The notes beneath the pieces were generated by a model that was not told the DNA's origin, ran no database searches, and was given only the letters and a program-made list of their open reading frames with translations. Of a DNA stretch of 64,000 nt, positions 50,903-63,204 are shown in pieces (the first letter of the stretch is position 1; each line of letters begins with the position of its first letter). The position numbers and the translations under genes are program-made. Origin of the DNA: Alphaproteobacteria bacterium. GTDB taxonomy: Bacteria; Pseudomonadota; Alphaproteobacteria; UBA6615. Location: contig CBDHEC010000003.1 of assembly GCA_965261975.1 (NCBI GenBank), positions 62,142 to 126,141 of the forward strand, written 5' to 3'.

Positions 50903-51385
50903 ATGACTGGTAAGAAGACCAGCCTGGCAGGGGAAGAGAGGGCGCTGAACATGAACCTGAGCGGGGCGTTTCCGAAACTGACCGACGAAGAGCACGCTTG
51001 GCTCGTTTCCAGCGCGGAAACGCTGACGTACGGATCCGGTGACGCTGTCATCTCCGAGGGCGACGTGATCGAAAGCCTGCTCATCATCAAGTCCGGATTC
51101 CTGCGCGTCACGCGGGTTTATCTCGATGAAATCTGCGCCGAATTCGCAGGCCCGCTCGGCCCCGGTGAAGTGATCGGCGAAATGTCGCTGATGGACCGCA
51201 AAGGCGCCAGTGCCAACCTGATCGCGGACGGTTCGGCGGAAATCCTGTCGATTCCGAAAAGGATCCTGTTCGAAAAACTCGAGAACGACGTCAGCTTCGC
51301 GGCGCGGTTTTACGAAAGCCTCTTCCTCGATGTCACCCGAAAGCTTCGCTCGACCAACCAGCGGGTGATGCCCGTTCCGCCCTGA
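50903..51385 (+). CDS. Stand-alone cyclic nucleotide-binding domain protein
   Basis: GDAVISEGD, IIKSG.LRV, LGPGEVIGEMSL...ASANLIA; no HTH. Confidence 0.8.
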   Translation: MTGKKTSLAGEERALNMNLSGAFPKLTDEEHAWLVSSAETLTYGSGDAVISEGDVIESLLIIKSGFLRVTRVYLDEICAEFAGPLGPGEVIGEMSLMDRKGASANLIADGSAEILSIPKRILFEKLENDVSFAARFYESLFLDVTRKLRSTNQRVMPVPP

Positions 51386-51386
51386 C

Positions 51387-52499
51387 GTGACGTCCCCACT
51401 CTATTCCACCGCGCTTCCCGACGGCATCCGCGCGCGCATCGTCGCGAACGGCAACGGCCTCGACATGCATGTGCTCGAAGCCGGCGATGCAGGCTGCCCG
51501 CCCGTGCTTTTGCTGCACGGCTTCCCGGAACTGGCGTACAGCTGGCGCAAGGTCATGCCGGCGCTGGCTGCCGCAGGTTATCACGTCATCGCGCCGGATC
51601 AGCGTGGCTACGGCCTGACCACCGGCTGGGACGACGACTACGACGGCGATCTTTCGACGTTCCGCTTTCTCAACCTGCTGCGCGACACGCTGGGCCTGCT
51701 GGACGCGATGGAAATTCTACAGGTCGACCTGGTCGGGCACGATTTCGGGTCGTTCGCGGCGGCGCATTTCGCGCTGATCCGCCCCGATGTCTTCAAGTCC
51801 GTGGTCATGATGAGCGCGCCCTACGCCGGACCACCGTCCCTCAGGCCGGCACCCGCCGTCGACATCGACGCCGACCTGGCGGCCCTGCCCCGCCCGCGGA
51901 AACACTATCACCGCTACTATTCGACGCGGCCCGCGAACGATGACATGTGGCATGCGCCGCAAGGGGTGCATGATTTCCTCCGCGCCTATTTCCATCACAA
52001 GTCCGCCGACTGGCCGGAAAACCGCCCGCACCGGCTGACCGGCTGGACCGCGAACGAACTGGCCAAGCTGCCGACGTACTATGTCATGGACCTGGACCGG
52101 ACCATGGCCGAGACGGTGGCACCCGAAATGCCCGACGCCGATGCCGTCGCCGCCTGCGCATGGCTGCCCGACGACGAGCTCCGGGTTTACAGCGACACGT
52201 TTGGGCGCACCGGTTTTCAGGGCGGGCTCAACTGGTACCGTTGCCGCTTTGTCGATGCCTTCACCCGCGAACAGGAAGTCTTCGCCGGGCGCACCATCGA
52301 TGCCCCCGCCATGTTCGTTTCGGGCCAAAGCGACTGGGGCACCTACCAGACGCCGGGCGCCCTCGAGGCCCTGGAAACGCGAGTCTGCATGGACTACCGC
52401 GGCACGCACCTGGTCCCTGGCGCCGGTCATTGGGTGCAGCAGGAACAGCCCGATGCCGTCAGCGCGTTGCTGCTGGATTTCCTGAAAAACACCGGCTGA
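51387..52499 (+). CDS. Soluble epoxide hydrolase-like alpha/beta hydrolase
   Basis: LLHGFPELAYSWR, APDQRGYG, VGHDFGS, GGLNWYR, GAGHWVQQEQP. Confidence 0.9.
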   Translation: MTSPLYSTALPDGIRARIVANGNGLDMHVLEAGDAGCPPVLLLHGFPELAYSWRKVMPALAAAGYHVIAPDQRGYGLTTGWDDDYDGDLSTFRFLNLLRDTLGLLDAMEILQVDLVGHDFGSFAAAHFALIRPDVFKSVVMMSAPYAGPPSLRPAPAVDIDADLAALPRPRKHYHRYYSTRPANDDMWHAPQGVHDFLRAYFHHKSADWPENRPHRLTGWTANELAKLPTYYVMDLDRTMAETVAPEMPDADAVAACAWLPDDELRVYSDTFGRTGFQGGLNWYRCRFVDAFTREQEVFAGRTIDAPAMFVSGQSDWGTYQTPGALEALETRVCMDYRGTHLVPGAGHWVQQEQPDAVSALLLDFLKNTG

Positions 52500-52509
52500 A
52501 GGCCCACCG

Positions 52510-52523
52510 TTGATTTAGGTCAA
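52510..52523 (+). promoter_or_regulatory. FNR/FixK box
   Basis: TTGAT-TTAG-GTCAA (9/10 to TTGAT-N4-ATCAA), centred about 65 nt upstream of the DUF465 start. Confidence 0.65.
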
Positions 52524-52581
52524 TGAAGCCGGGACCGGGACCGGGCAATCTTCTCTCAGCGTTACTTTTCAAGAGAGAGCC

Positions 52582-52815
52582 ATGACCCACACACCGCACG
52601 AACTCGCCGACGACTTCCCCGAACACGTGGAGCAAATCCACAAACTGCGCGCGGAAAACGCCCACTTTGCCAAGCTGTGCGAACAGCACCACGACCTGAA
52701 CCGGGAAATCCATCGCGGTGAAACCGATATCGAGCCGATGGACGACGCCCACCTCGAAGAACTCAAGAAAAAGCGCCTGGCCCTGCTGGACGAGATTTCC
52801 GGGTTCCTGCACTAG
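52582..52815 (+). CDS. DUF465/YdcH family protein
   Basis: MTHTPHELADDFPE...HFAKL...LNREIHR.E...LKKKRLALLDEI; GAGAG RBS. Confidence 0.85.
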   Translation: MTHTPHELADDFPEHVEQIHKLRAENAHFAKLCEQHHDLNREIHRGETDIEPMDDAHLEELKKKRLALLDEISGFLH

Positions 52816-52931
52816 GCGCCGGCACGACAACAACGGGGGCGCTCCTACGCCAAAGCGCCCTCGCCACTTTCCCGTATTCGGAGAATGCCTTAGATTCAGC
52901 GGCAGACGTTAGCCTGCTGAAAGCCTGAAGC

Positions 52932-54362
52932 ATGAACTCATCCGATCCGAATAAGTGTGCCTATCATCTCCTGAAAGCAGAGCGCGGTGTCGACATGAGA
53001 TGCGGGTTCTCGGCGCCTGCCAGTCATTTTCATGACGACAAATTTTACTGCGCGTTTCACGCCCCTGTAGCACTTAAGAAGGACTGGACTTCCGAAGCCG
53101 TCAAAGAATTCAACGCATCCGTCGTCGACCTAATGAAGGAAACCGCAGCGTCGGGCCATGAATGCGACCTGACCGGGATCGTCTTTCCGCACGACGTCGA
53201 CCTCAGTAAAGCCGTCAGCAAGCCGGACCTCAGGGTTTCGTTTCGAGACGCAACGTTTCCGGGTGCCGTGTCGTTTCGAGACGCGACGTTCCACCACAAG
53301 GTCACGTTTGAATACGCGAAATTCTGCGGACCGGCGGACTTCGGCAATTCAACATTTCGCATATGGGGCGATTTTCGCCGCACGGCATTCGCCAAGGACG
53401 CGGATTTTTCATCCGCGGTGTTCGACGGATGGGCGCATTTCACCGAGGCCAAGTTCATCCGGGCCGCGAATTTCGACAACGCCCGGTTCACCTCCAGCGC
53501 GGATTTCACGTCCGATGAATTCGATCCGACGGCATTTTCGGGCTGGGCGGACTTCACCGAAGCCGGGCTTTCCGCGACGTCGGACTTCAACGAGGTCGAG
53601 TTCTTCGGCCTGGCCGACTTTGCCTCCGTCGAGTTCGGCAAATGCTTCTTTCGCAACTGTACGTTCGATTCCATCGTCGACTTTCGCAACGCGATTTTTC
53701 ACAGGAACGCGTTCTTCAACTCCGCCGCATTCAACAAGGAAGCGATGTTCAGTAACTGCGAATTCGGCGCGATGACCAAATTCAGGAACGCGCGGTTCAT
53801 GCGGCCGCCGAAGTTTCACAACGCCTCGCTGCATCACGACACCGATTTCGTCGGCGCCTATTTCGAGCCGACGAAAACCGACGACGCGGCAAGGACGTAC
53901 CGGGTCCTGAAACTGGCCATGGAGGAAACCCGGGCACGCGACGACGAGGCCGATTTCCACGCCATTGAGCTCAAGATACGCGAGGCCCTGCCGACCACCC
54001 CCAGGGCCGTCAGGTGGGTCAGCCAGCTGTACGGCTTCGGTTCCGATTACGGACGCAGGATCGAACGGCCGATCCTGCTTTTGATCGGCGTCATTGCGCT
54101 GTTCACCCTCATCTTTCTGGTTATTTCGGGGTACGACGGGCAGCACAGCACCGTCAGCGCATTCCAGTTTTCGATGCTCCAGATTGTCAGGCCGTTTTTC
54201 ATCCTGATCCCCGGTGCGGAGGCCTCGTACGGCGATTGGGCGCGCGAGCTGCTGACGGCCTATCCCCTGCTGGTTCGCCTCATCGCGCTGACGCAGTCGG
54301 TCCTCGCCATCACCCTGATCGCCCTCCTTTTGCTCGCCGTACGCCGGAAGTTCAGGATGTAG
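52932..54362 (+). CDS. Pentapeptide-repeat protein with C-terminal transmembrane segments
   Basis: Long run of 11-residue AxFxxAxFxxx units; YGFGSDYG followed by TM-helix-TM ending RRKFRM; N-terminal Cys/His cluster. Confidence 0.8.
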   Translation: MNSSDPNKCAYHLLKAERGVDMRCGFSAPASHFHDDKFYCAFHAPVALKKDWTSEAVKEFNASVVDLMKETAASGHECDLTGIVFPHDVDLSKAVSKPDLRVSFRDATFPGAVSFRDATFHHKVTFEYAKFCGPADFGNSTFRIWGDFRRTAFAKDADFSSAVFDGWAHFTEAKFIRAANFDNARFTSSADFTSDEFDPTAFSGWADFTEAGLSATSDFNEVEFFGLADFASVEFGKCFFRNCTFDSIVDFRNAIFHRNAFFNSAAFNKEAMFSNCEFGAMTKFRNARFMRPPKFHNASLHHDTDFVGAYFEPTKTDDAARTYRVLKLAMEETRARDDEADFHAIELKIREALPTTPRAVRWVSQLYGFGSDYGRRIERPILLLIGVIALFTLIFLVISGYDGQHSTVSAFQFSMLQIVRPFFILIPGAEASYGDWARELLTAYPLLVRLIALTQSVLAITLIALLLLAVRRKFRM

Positions 54363-54478
54363 CTGTCTGGCGGGACCTAAAAAAGACCAAGGGTTGCAGG
54401 TCCATAACCGGATTTGATCCGTATCTTCGGAAGCATGAGTCGTTTTCACACCATAGCTTCCGTCGCCGGGGCGTCCCC

Positions 54479-55825
54479 ATGAGCCGTCTTCAGCTGATCG
54501 CCTATGCCCTGCCCGCGCTTGCCTTGGCGATGCCGACGATCCCGGTCTATATCTATCTGCCGAAGTTTTACGCGGCGGAGGTCGGACTGGGGTTAAGCGC
54601 CGTCGGCGCCGTTTTGCTCGCATCCCGCATTTTCGACACCGTTTCAGATCCCGTGTGCGGCTATGTTTCCGATAGGCTGCGCTGGCGGTTCGGACGCCGC
54701 AAACCGCTGATGCTGATCGGCGGCGTTGTCGCCGCCATGGCGATGCTGGCGCTGGCGCACCCGCCGGATGGTGCGGGCGCCGGCTATCTTCTGGCGTTCT
54801 CGGTGTTGCTGTATACCGGCTGGACTCTGGTCATCATCCCCTATTCGGCGTGGGGTGCGGAACTGGCCGACGACTACGACACCCGCTCGAAAATCACCGC
54901 GGCCCGCGAAGGCATGATGCTGGGCGGTATCCTGTTGGCCGCCGCCATCCCGGTCTTGCTGGACGGCGGCGCGTCCACGGCGAGCGGCGGGGCGACAGAA
55001 AGCGCGGGCGAGACCGACCTCCGCGCCGTCGCCTGGGCCGCCGTCCTTGTCGGTATCCCCGGGTTCCTGATTATCGCACAGGCCGTCCCGGACGCCCCGC
55101 CAAAGTCCCGGCCACCGGCGTGGGCGGTGAACCGCGCCGTCATCAAGCGGTCGATTTCCACGATCCTTGCCAATAAGCCGTTCCTGCGCCTTTTCGCGGC
55201 ATGGTTCATCAATGGCCTCGCCAACGGTTTTCCGGCGGTCCTCTTCATCCTGTACATGGAGCACGCCCTCGGGATCGGTGCGGCAGCCCTTCCGCAATAC
55301 ATCCTCGGATACTTCCTGCCGGGGGTGCTGTTTGTCCCATTGTGGATCTGGCTGAGCCGGTCACGCGACAAACACCGGGTGTGGTGCGCCGCGATGCTGC
55401 TGGCATCGGCAGCGTTCGCCGTCGTGCCGTTCCTGAGCCCCGATCTGACATGGGTCTTCATGCTCGTTTGCATCTTCACCGGCGCGACGCTGGGGGCCGA
55501 CCTTGCACTGCCGCCCTCGATGCAGGCCGACGTCGTCGACCATGACCGGCTGGCGACCGGTTCCGACCGGACCGGGATCTATTTCGCGCTCTGGGGCATG
55601 GCCACCAAGCTGGCGCTGGCACTGGCCGTCGGGATCGCCTTTCCGTTCCTCGATCTTGCGGGCTTCGATCCGGCAGCTGCGCATCCCGAAGCGGTCTGGG
55701 CGCTTGTGGTGATCTACGCCCTGGTACCGGTCGTATTGAAGTTGATTGCGGTGGGGATTGTCGCGGGATTTCCGATCGGCCGCCGCCAGCATGAGCTGAT
55801 CCGCCGTCAACTTGCGGAAAGATAG
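54479..55825 (+). CDS. MFS transporter, GPH/MelB (MFS_2) family
   Basis: YALPAL, SRIFDTVSDP..G..SDR...FGRRKP, IPYSAWGAEL, SMQADVVD, GIYFALW..ATKL. Confidence 0.88.
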   Translation: MSRLQLIAYALPALALAMPTIPVYIYLPKFYAAEVGLGLSAVGAVLLASRIFDTVSDPVCGYVSDRLRWRFGRRKPLMLIGGVVAAMAMLALAHPPDGAGAGYLLAFSVLLYTGWTLVIIPYSAWGAELADDYDTRSKITAAREGMMLGGILLAAAIPVLLDGGASTASGGATESAGETDLRAVAWAAVLVGIPGFLIIAQAVPDAPPKSRPPAWAVNRAVIKRSISTILANKPFLRLFAAWFINGLANGFPAVLFILYMEHALGIGAAALPQYILGYFLPGVLFVPLWIWLSRSRDKHRVWCAAMLLASAAFAVVPFLSPDLTWVFMLVCIFTGATLGADLALPPSMQADVVDHDRLATGSDRTGIYFALWGMATKLALALAVGIAFPFLDLAGFDPAAAHPEAVWALVVIYALVPVVLKLIAVGIVAGFPIGRRQHELIRRQLAER

Positions 55826-55840
55826 GAAACGGTCATCGGC

Positions 55841-56473
55841 ATGAGACGTGAGCACATCAGAACCGTTTTCGACCAACGCCCCGCGCCGCATGTCGCCGCC
55901 GCCGGGTGCCTATTGATAGTCCTGTTCTTGTTAACCGGGTGCAGCATGAAAGTGAGCGATTTTTCAGAGAGTGAACCGGCGTTCCGCCTTGAGGAGTACT
56001 TCTCGGGAAAGACCCAGGCCTGGGGCCTGTTCGAAGACCGGTTCGGCAAGGTACGACGCCAATTCGTGGTCGATATCACCGGCACGCTTGAGGGCGATAC
56101 GCTGGTGCTCGATGAACGTTTCAAATACGCGGACGGCGAAACCGACCGCCGCGTCTGGCGTATTCGAAAGCTGGACGACCACAGATATGAGGGCCGCGCC
56201 GACGACATTATCGGCACGGCGCAGGGCGAGAGTTACGGCAACGCGCTGAACTGGTCCTACGACATGGACCTGAAGATCGGCGACAGCACACTCCGCGTTC
56301 ATTTCGACGACTGGATGTTCCTGCAGCCGGGCGGCGTGCTGCTGAATCGCGCCACGGTCTCCAAGTGGGGTCTCACGATCGGCGAGGTAACACTCGCCTT
56401 CGCCAAGCCGGCCGGCGGCCAAGCGGCAAATGACGATATCCCCGCCGAATTCGCGTCGGCGGCCGGCGACTGA
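55841..56473 (+). CDS. DUF3833 family lipoprotein
   Basis: LTGC lipobox; LEEYFSG...AWGLFEDR.G..RRQF.V, LDERFKY, FDDWMFL, NRATVSKWG. Exact start uncertain. Confidence 0.82.
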   Translation: MRREHIRTVFDQRPAPHVAAAGCLLIVLFLLTGCSMKVSDFSESEPAFRLEEYFSGKTQAWGLFEDRFGKVRRQFVVDITGTLEGDTLVLDERFKYADGETDRRVWRIRKLDDHRYEGRADDIIGTAQGESYGNALNWSYDMDLKIGDSTLRVHFDDWMFLQPGGVLLNRATVSKWGLTIGEVTLAFAKPAGGQAANDDIPAEFASAAGD

Positions 56474-56524
56474 CCTGTCATCTCGCCGACATTCGGCCAG
56501 GGTGGTCCGGTCAGGCGGGAGTGA

Positions 56525-57973
56525 TTACGCCGTCAGGGCGCCGAGTTCCGGCGGCGCCAGGTTCAATCCCGGGGTTTTCCTGATCCTCGTCTCCAGTGCA
56601 TGCGCTGCCGCCAGAAGATCGAGATCACCGCGGCGTTTGCCGACGATCTGCACGCCGAACGGCATCCCCAGCGCGTCAGTGCCCGCCGGAATAGCGATCA
56701 CGGGATGGCCGGTCAGCGTCAGCGCCGAGCGGACAAGCGAGGCATCGAGGTAATTTTCCATCACGCGCCCGCCGACGGACTTGGGAATGCCGTCGGCAAC
56801 CTTGAACGGGGCGACCGCGTTGCCGGGCACGATCAACAGGTCGATATCCTCGAAAAACGTCTCGAACGCCTTGTACAGCCCCGCCCAGGCGCGTTCCGCC
56901 CGCGCCACGTCGGGAAGCGTCATCGACAGCCCGGCCTCGTAGTTCGAGATGATGTTGGGCGCCAGCAGGTCGCGGTGCTTGGCGACCCGGTCTTCGTGAT
57001 TGGCGACGTAATACACGCATCTGAGTGTCCAGAAGATATCGCGTGCGGCCCTGAAATCCGGATCGCGCGCATCGCACGAACCGAACCATGGACCGATCTC
57101 GTCCATGACGGTGCCGAAGCTCGCCCGGATGTCGTCATCGAGCGGCGCGATGCCGCCGAAATCCGTCGACCACGCCACGCGCAATTTGGAAATATCGGCG
57201 TCCGGCAGGTCGATGAAGGCATCCGGATCGCAAGGCCCGGCCAATGGGTCGCGGCTGTCGTCGCCGGCGAGCCCCGTCATCATCAGCGATACGTCGGCGA
57301 CCGAGCGGCCCATCGGTCCCTGCACGCTGAAATGCGTGTAGTTGAGGGTCCGTGCCTCGCGCGCGACCAGTCCCGGTGTCGGGCGGAACCCGACAACCCC
57401 GCACCACGTCGCCGGGTTACGGAGGCTGCCGCCGGTATCGCTGCCGTGCGCCAGCGGCAGCATCCCCGTCGCCAGTGCCGCCGCCGAACCGCCGGAAGAG
57501 CCCCCCGGCGTGCGCTCGGGGTCATAGGGATTGCGCGTCGGCCCGAACACCCGGTTCGTGGTGTTGGACCCGGCGCCGAATTCCGGTGTATTGGTCTTGG
57601 CCAGGATGATCGCTCCCGCCTGCCGTAGCCGCGCCACCAGCGCCTCGTCATGTTCCGGAACATTGTGCTCGTGGATCAGCGATCCATAGGTCGTCCGCAA
57701 ACCCGCTGTTGCGTTCAGGTCCTTGATGCCGACCGGCAGGCCGGCCAGCGGCCCGACGGCCTCACCCGCCCGAAATGCCTTTTCCGCCACCGCGGCCTCG
57801 GCCCGCGCGCGGTCTGTGTCGAGCGCCGTGATGGCGTTGACGCGCCCGTTCACAGCGGCGATGCGTTCAAGGCAGCTCTCCAGCAGCTCGACTGGGGAAA
57901 GCTCTCGCGCCTTCATCAGCCGGCGGGCTTCACAAGCGCTCACGTCGCACGGTTGGGTCATCTCTGTTCTCAT
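56525..57973 (-). CDS. Amidase-signature family amidase
   Basis: GLPVGIKD, KTNTPEF, TRNPYD..RTPGGSSGGSAAA, GSDTGGSLRNP. Confidence 0.92.
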   Translation of the reverse strand: MRTEMTQPCDVSACEARRLMKARELSPVELLESCLERIAAVNGRVNAITALDTDRARAEAAVAEKAFRAGEAVGPLAGLPVGIKDLNATAGLRTTYGSLIHEHNVPEHDEALVARLRQAGAIILAKTNTPEFGAGSNTTNRVFGPTRNPYDPERTPGGSSGGSAAALATGMLPLAHGSDTGGSLRNPATWCGVVGFRPTPGLVAREARTLNYTHFSVQGPMGRSVADVSLMMTGLAGDDSRDPLAGPCDPDAFIDLPDADISKLRVAWSTDFGGIAPLDDDIRASFGTVMDEIGPWFGSCDARDPDFRAARDIFWTLRCVYYVANHEDRVAKHRDLLAPNIISNYEAGLSMTLPDVARAERAWAGLYKAFETFFEDIDLLIVPGNAVAPFKVADGIPKSVGGRVMENYLDASLVRSALTLTGHPVIAIPAGTDALGMPFGVQIVGKRRGDLDLLAAAHALETRIRKTPGLNLAPPELGALTA

Positions 57974-58028
57974 TGAAACTCGCTACTGCTTGGACGCTAT
58001 CATGTGGCTTGCAGAGCTAAAACCACAG

Positions 58029-58061
58029 AAAAACCCCCGGAACCATGGGCTCCGGGGGTTT
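58029..58061 (-). terminator. Rho-independent terminator of tRNA-Lys
   Basis: Minus strand AAACCCCCGGA-gcccatggt-TCCGGGGGTTTTT. Confidence 0.8.
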
Positions 58062-58065
58062 GAAT

Positions 58066-58141
58066 TGGTACGCGCTACAGGGTTCGAACCTGTGACCTAC
58101 TGATTAAAAGTCAGTTGCTCTACCAGCTGAGCTAAGCGCGC
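58066..58141 (-). tRNA. tRNA-Lys (anticodon UUU)
   Basis: 76 nt: GCGCGCT TAGCTCAGCTGGTAGAGC A ACTGA CTTTTAA TCAGT AGGTC ACAGG TTCGAAC CCTGT AGCGCGT ACCA; encoded CCA. Confidence 0.97.
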
Positions 58142-58174
58142 TCAAAAAGGTGTCCAAGGGACTGGACGGGCCGG

Positions 58175-58203
58175 ACATTACGGAGACGGGCACGTATGGT
58201 CAA
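58175..58203 (-). promoter_or_regulatory. sigma70 promoter of tRNA-Lys
   Basis: Minus strand TTGACC-N17-TAATGT followed by a GC-rich discriminator. Confidence 0.7.
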
Positions 58204-58257
58204 CGCTCGATTTCCGATTTTGTACAGTTTTTCGGATTCGCCCGTAAACCGGCGGAA

Positions 58258-58796
58258 TCAGTCGTCACCGCCGTCGTCGAGGCCATCGGCGACGCCGTCC
58301 AGCTCGGCGAAGCGCTTGATCAGGCGTTCCTTGACCTCCGGCGTCACGAAATGGCCGATATCGCCGCCCAGACGCCCGATTTCCTTGACGAAACGGGACG
58401 AAATGAACTGGTTGCGCTCGGACGCCGTCAGGAACACCGTCTCGATCCGGTTATCGAGCCGCGCATTCATCGATGCCATCTGGAATTCGTACTCGAAATC
58501 CGAAACGGCGCGCAGCCCGCGCACGATCATGCAGGCGTTCTGGGTATGCACGAACTCGATCAGCAGGTTGTCGAACGGCACGATACGGATTCTCGACGCC
58601 GCATCCGCCGCAAGATGCTTGATCGAGCTTTCCAGCAGCTCGACCCGCTCCTCGAGGCTGAACAGCGGTCCCTTGCCGATGTTGACGGCAACCCCCACCA
58701 CCAGCTCGTCGACGATGCGCGTCGCGCGGCCGATCACGTCCATATGCCCGTTGGTCACCGGATCGAAGGTGCCCGGGTAGACGCCGATACGTTTCG

Positions 58797-58800
<4 letters not shown>
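58258..58800 (-). CDS. coaD: Phosphopantetheine adenylyltransferase
   Basis: [34 protein letters not shown]; ATGA overlap with gyrA. Confidence 0.96.
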
Positions 58801-61667
<2,867 letters not shown>

Positions 61668-61834
61668 TTTCTATATTTCGCTTTATTATCAGTTACTTGG
61701 GCGTCAATGCTGGAGCGCCCCGAAAGCACTCGTGATAGACCCCTATTTCTAGCATTTTGCGCGCCTGCGAACAACCTCGCGGACCGCTTTTCGGAGGCTT
61801 TTTTCGGGCTTTCGCCGGAGCGGCGGAAACCCGC

Positions 61835-63016
61835 TTAGAGTACCGGTTTGCGGGACTTGCGGGCACCGTACCAGACGGCCGCCAGGAACGCTGCCGAGAC
61901 CGGCACGGCGGCGATCAGGTTGACCGCCTGCCAGCCCAGCGTTTCGTGCAACACGCCCGATGCGAACGCCGTGATGGCAACAAGGCTGAACAGCATGAAA
62001 TCGTGCGCGGCCTGGGTCTTGGCGCGTTCTTCAGGCGCATAGGATTCCGTCAGCAGCGTGGTGCCGCCAATGAACATGAAGTTCCAGCCGACGCCGAGAC
62101 AGATCAGCCCGAACCAGAAGTTCCCGAACTCGACGCCGGAAATGCCGGCCACGATGGCAACCGCCTGCAACGCCGCCCCCGCCGCAATGACGTTGATGAC
62201 GCCGAACCGCTTGATGATGTGACCGGTAAAGAAGCTGGGCAGGAACATGCCGACGATATGCCACTGGATAACAGTCGCCGCATCGTTGAAGGCGAAGCCG
62301 CAGAAGGTCATGGCGAGCGGCGTCGACGTCATCAGCAGGTTCATCATCCCGTAGCCGATGGTCGACGACATGGCGGCAACGATGAAGCTGGGCGACGCCA
62401 TGATTTCGCGGATCGGCCGGCCTGCCTTGCTGACGCCCTGGTGCACCTGTTCGGGGATGCGCGTGAACTGCAAAAGGATGATGGCAACGAAACTGAGGGC
62501 GATGATGACGGCGAAACTGGCGGAAAACGTCGCGGCGCTGAGTTCCGCCGTCCACTTGGCAAGCTGCGGACCGAGAAAAGGCGGCGACCAGTCCGCCCGC
62601 CAGCACATAGGAAATCGCCCGCGCCCGGAAATCTTCCGTCGCCGATTCCGCCGCGGCGAAGCGGTAGTACTGCCAAAACGCGTTGTGGATGCCGAGCAGC
62701 GCGCCCCCCACCATGAACAACCAGAACGAACCCGCCCAGATCGCATAGGCGCCGACCGCGCCGCCGGTCATGCCGATCGGTCTGGCCGAGCGTGAACCCC
62801 GCGCGCCGTCCGACCCGCGCCATCAGCAGCGACGCCGGCACCGTGGACAGCGTCGTCGCCGTGAACTGGACGGCGAGCGGCAACGTCGCCAGCGTCTTGG
62901 ACGGCGCCAGCATGATGCCGACCAGCGCACTGACGGTCAGCAGCATCGACGTACCGGACATCGCCAGCGCCTGGCAGCAGGCCAGCAGCAGACACGTTTC
63001 GGCGCATGTGGGTCAT
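61835..63016 (-). pseudogene. MFS transporter, frameshifted (probably sequencing errors)
   Basis: Segments in different frames: MTHMRRNV / CQALAMSG..LATLPL..MARVGRRAGF / QYYRFAAAE..RARAISYVLAGG / LGPQLA..MNLLMTSTPLAM..QWHIVGMFLP..GVGWNFMFIGGT. Confidence 0.75.
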
Positions 63017-63036
63017 GCTGGCTAGGACCTTTGCGA

Positions 63037-63141
63037 GGCCCCTCACCTTCCCTCTCCCAAGGGAGAGGGGACTCCCGGCCGGCCTTCGAACAATGATCCT
63101 TGGGGAGAGGGCGACCGCAAATGAAGCGCCGGGTGAGGGGT
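63037..63141. repeat. REP-like intergenic palindromic element (second, degenerate copy)
   Basis: CCCCTCACC-TT-CCCTCTCCC-aa-GGGAGAGGG ... GGGGAGAGGG ... GGGTGAGGGG; same building blocks as 34656-34767. Confidence 0.7.
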
Positions 63142-63204
63142 TATGGTTATGACCCTGAATCCAGTTCAGGGTGACCGACGAATCAACTGGAAGCCGTCAC
63201 TTCG

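Noticed and set aside
52932-54362. Qnr/MfpA-like gyrase protection because gyrA is 4.5 kb away
   Set aside because: The 11-residue repeat type and TM anchor differ from soluble Qnr/MfpA, and unrelated genes intervene.
54415-54444. RpoE(ChrR)-type promoter TGATCC upstream of the MFS-DUF3833 pair
   Set aside because: The -35 hexamer is present but the nearest CGT element is 20 nt away, longer than I expect for this class, so it is not supportable.
58066-58141. tRNA-Lys as the integration site of a genomic island extending leftwards
   Set aside because: No integrase, I saw no duplicated tRNA 3' end in the window, and an intact terminator follows the tRNA directly.
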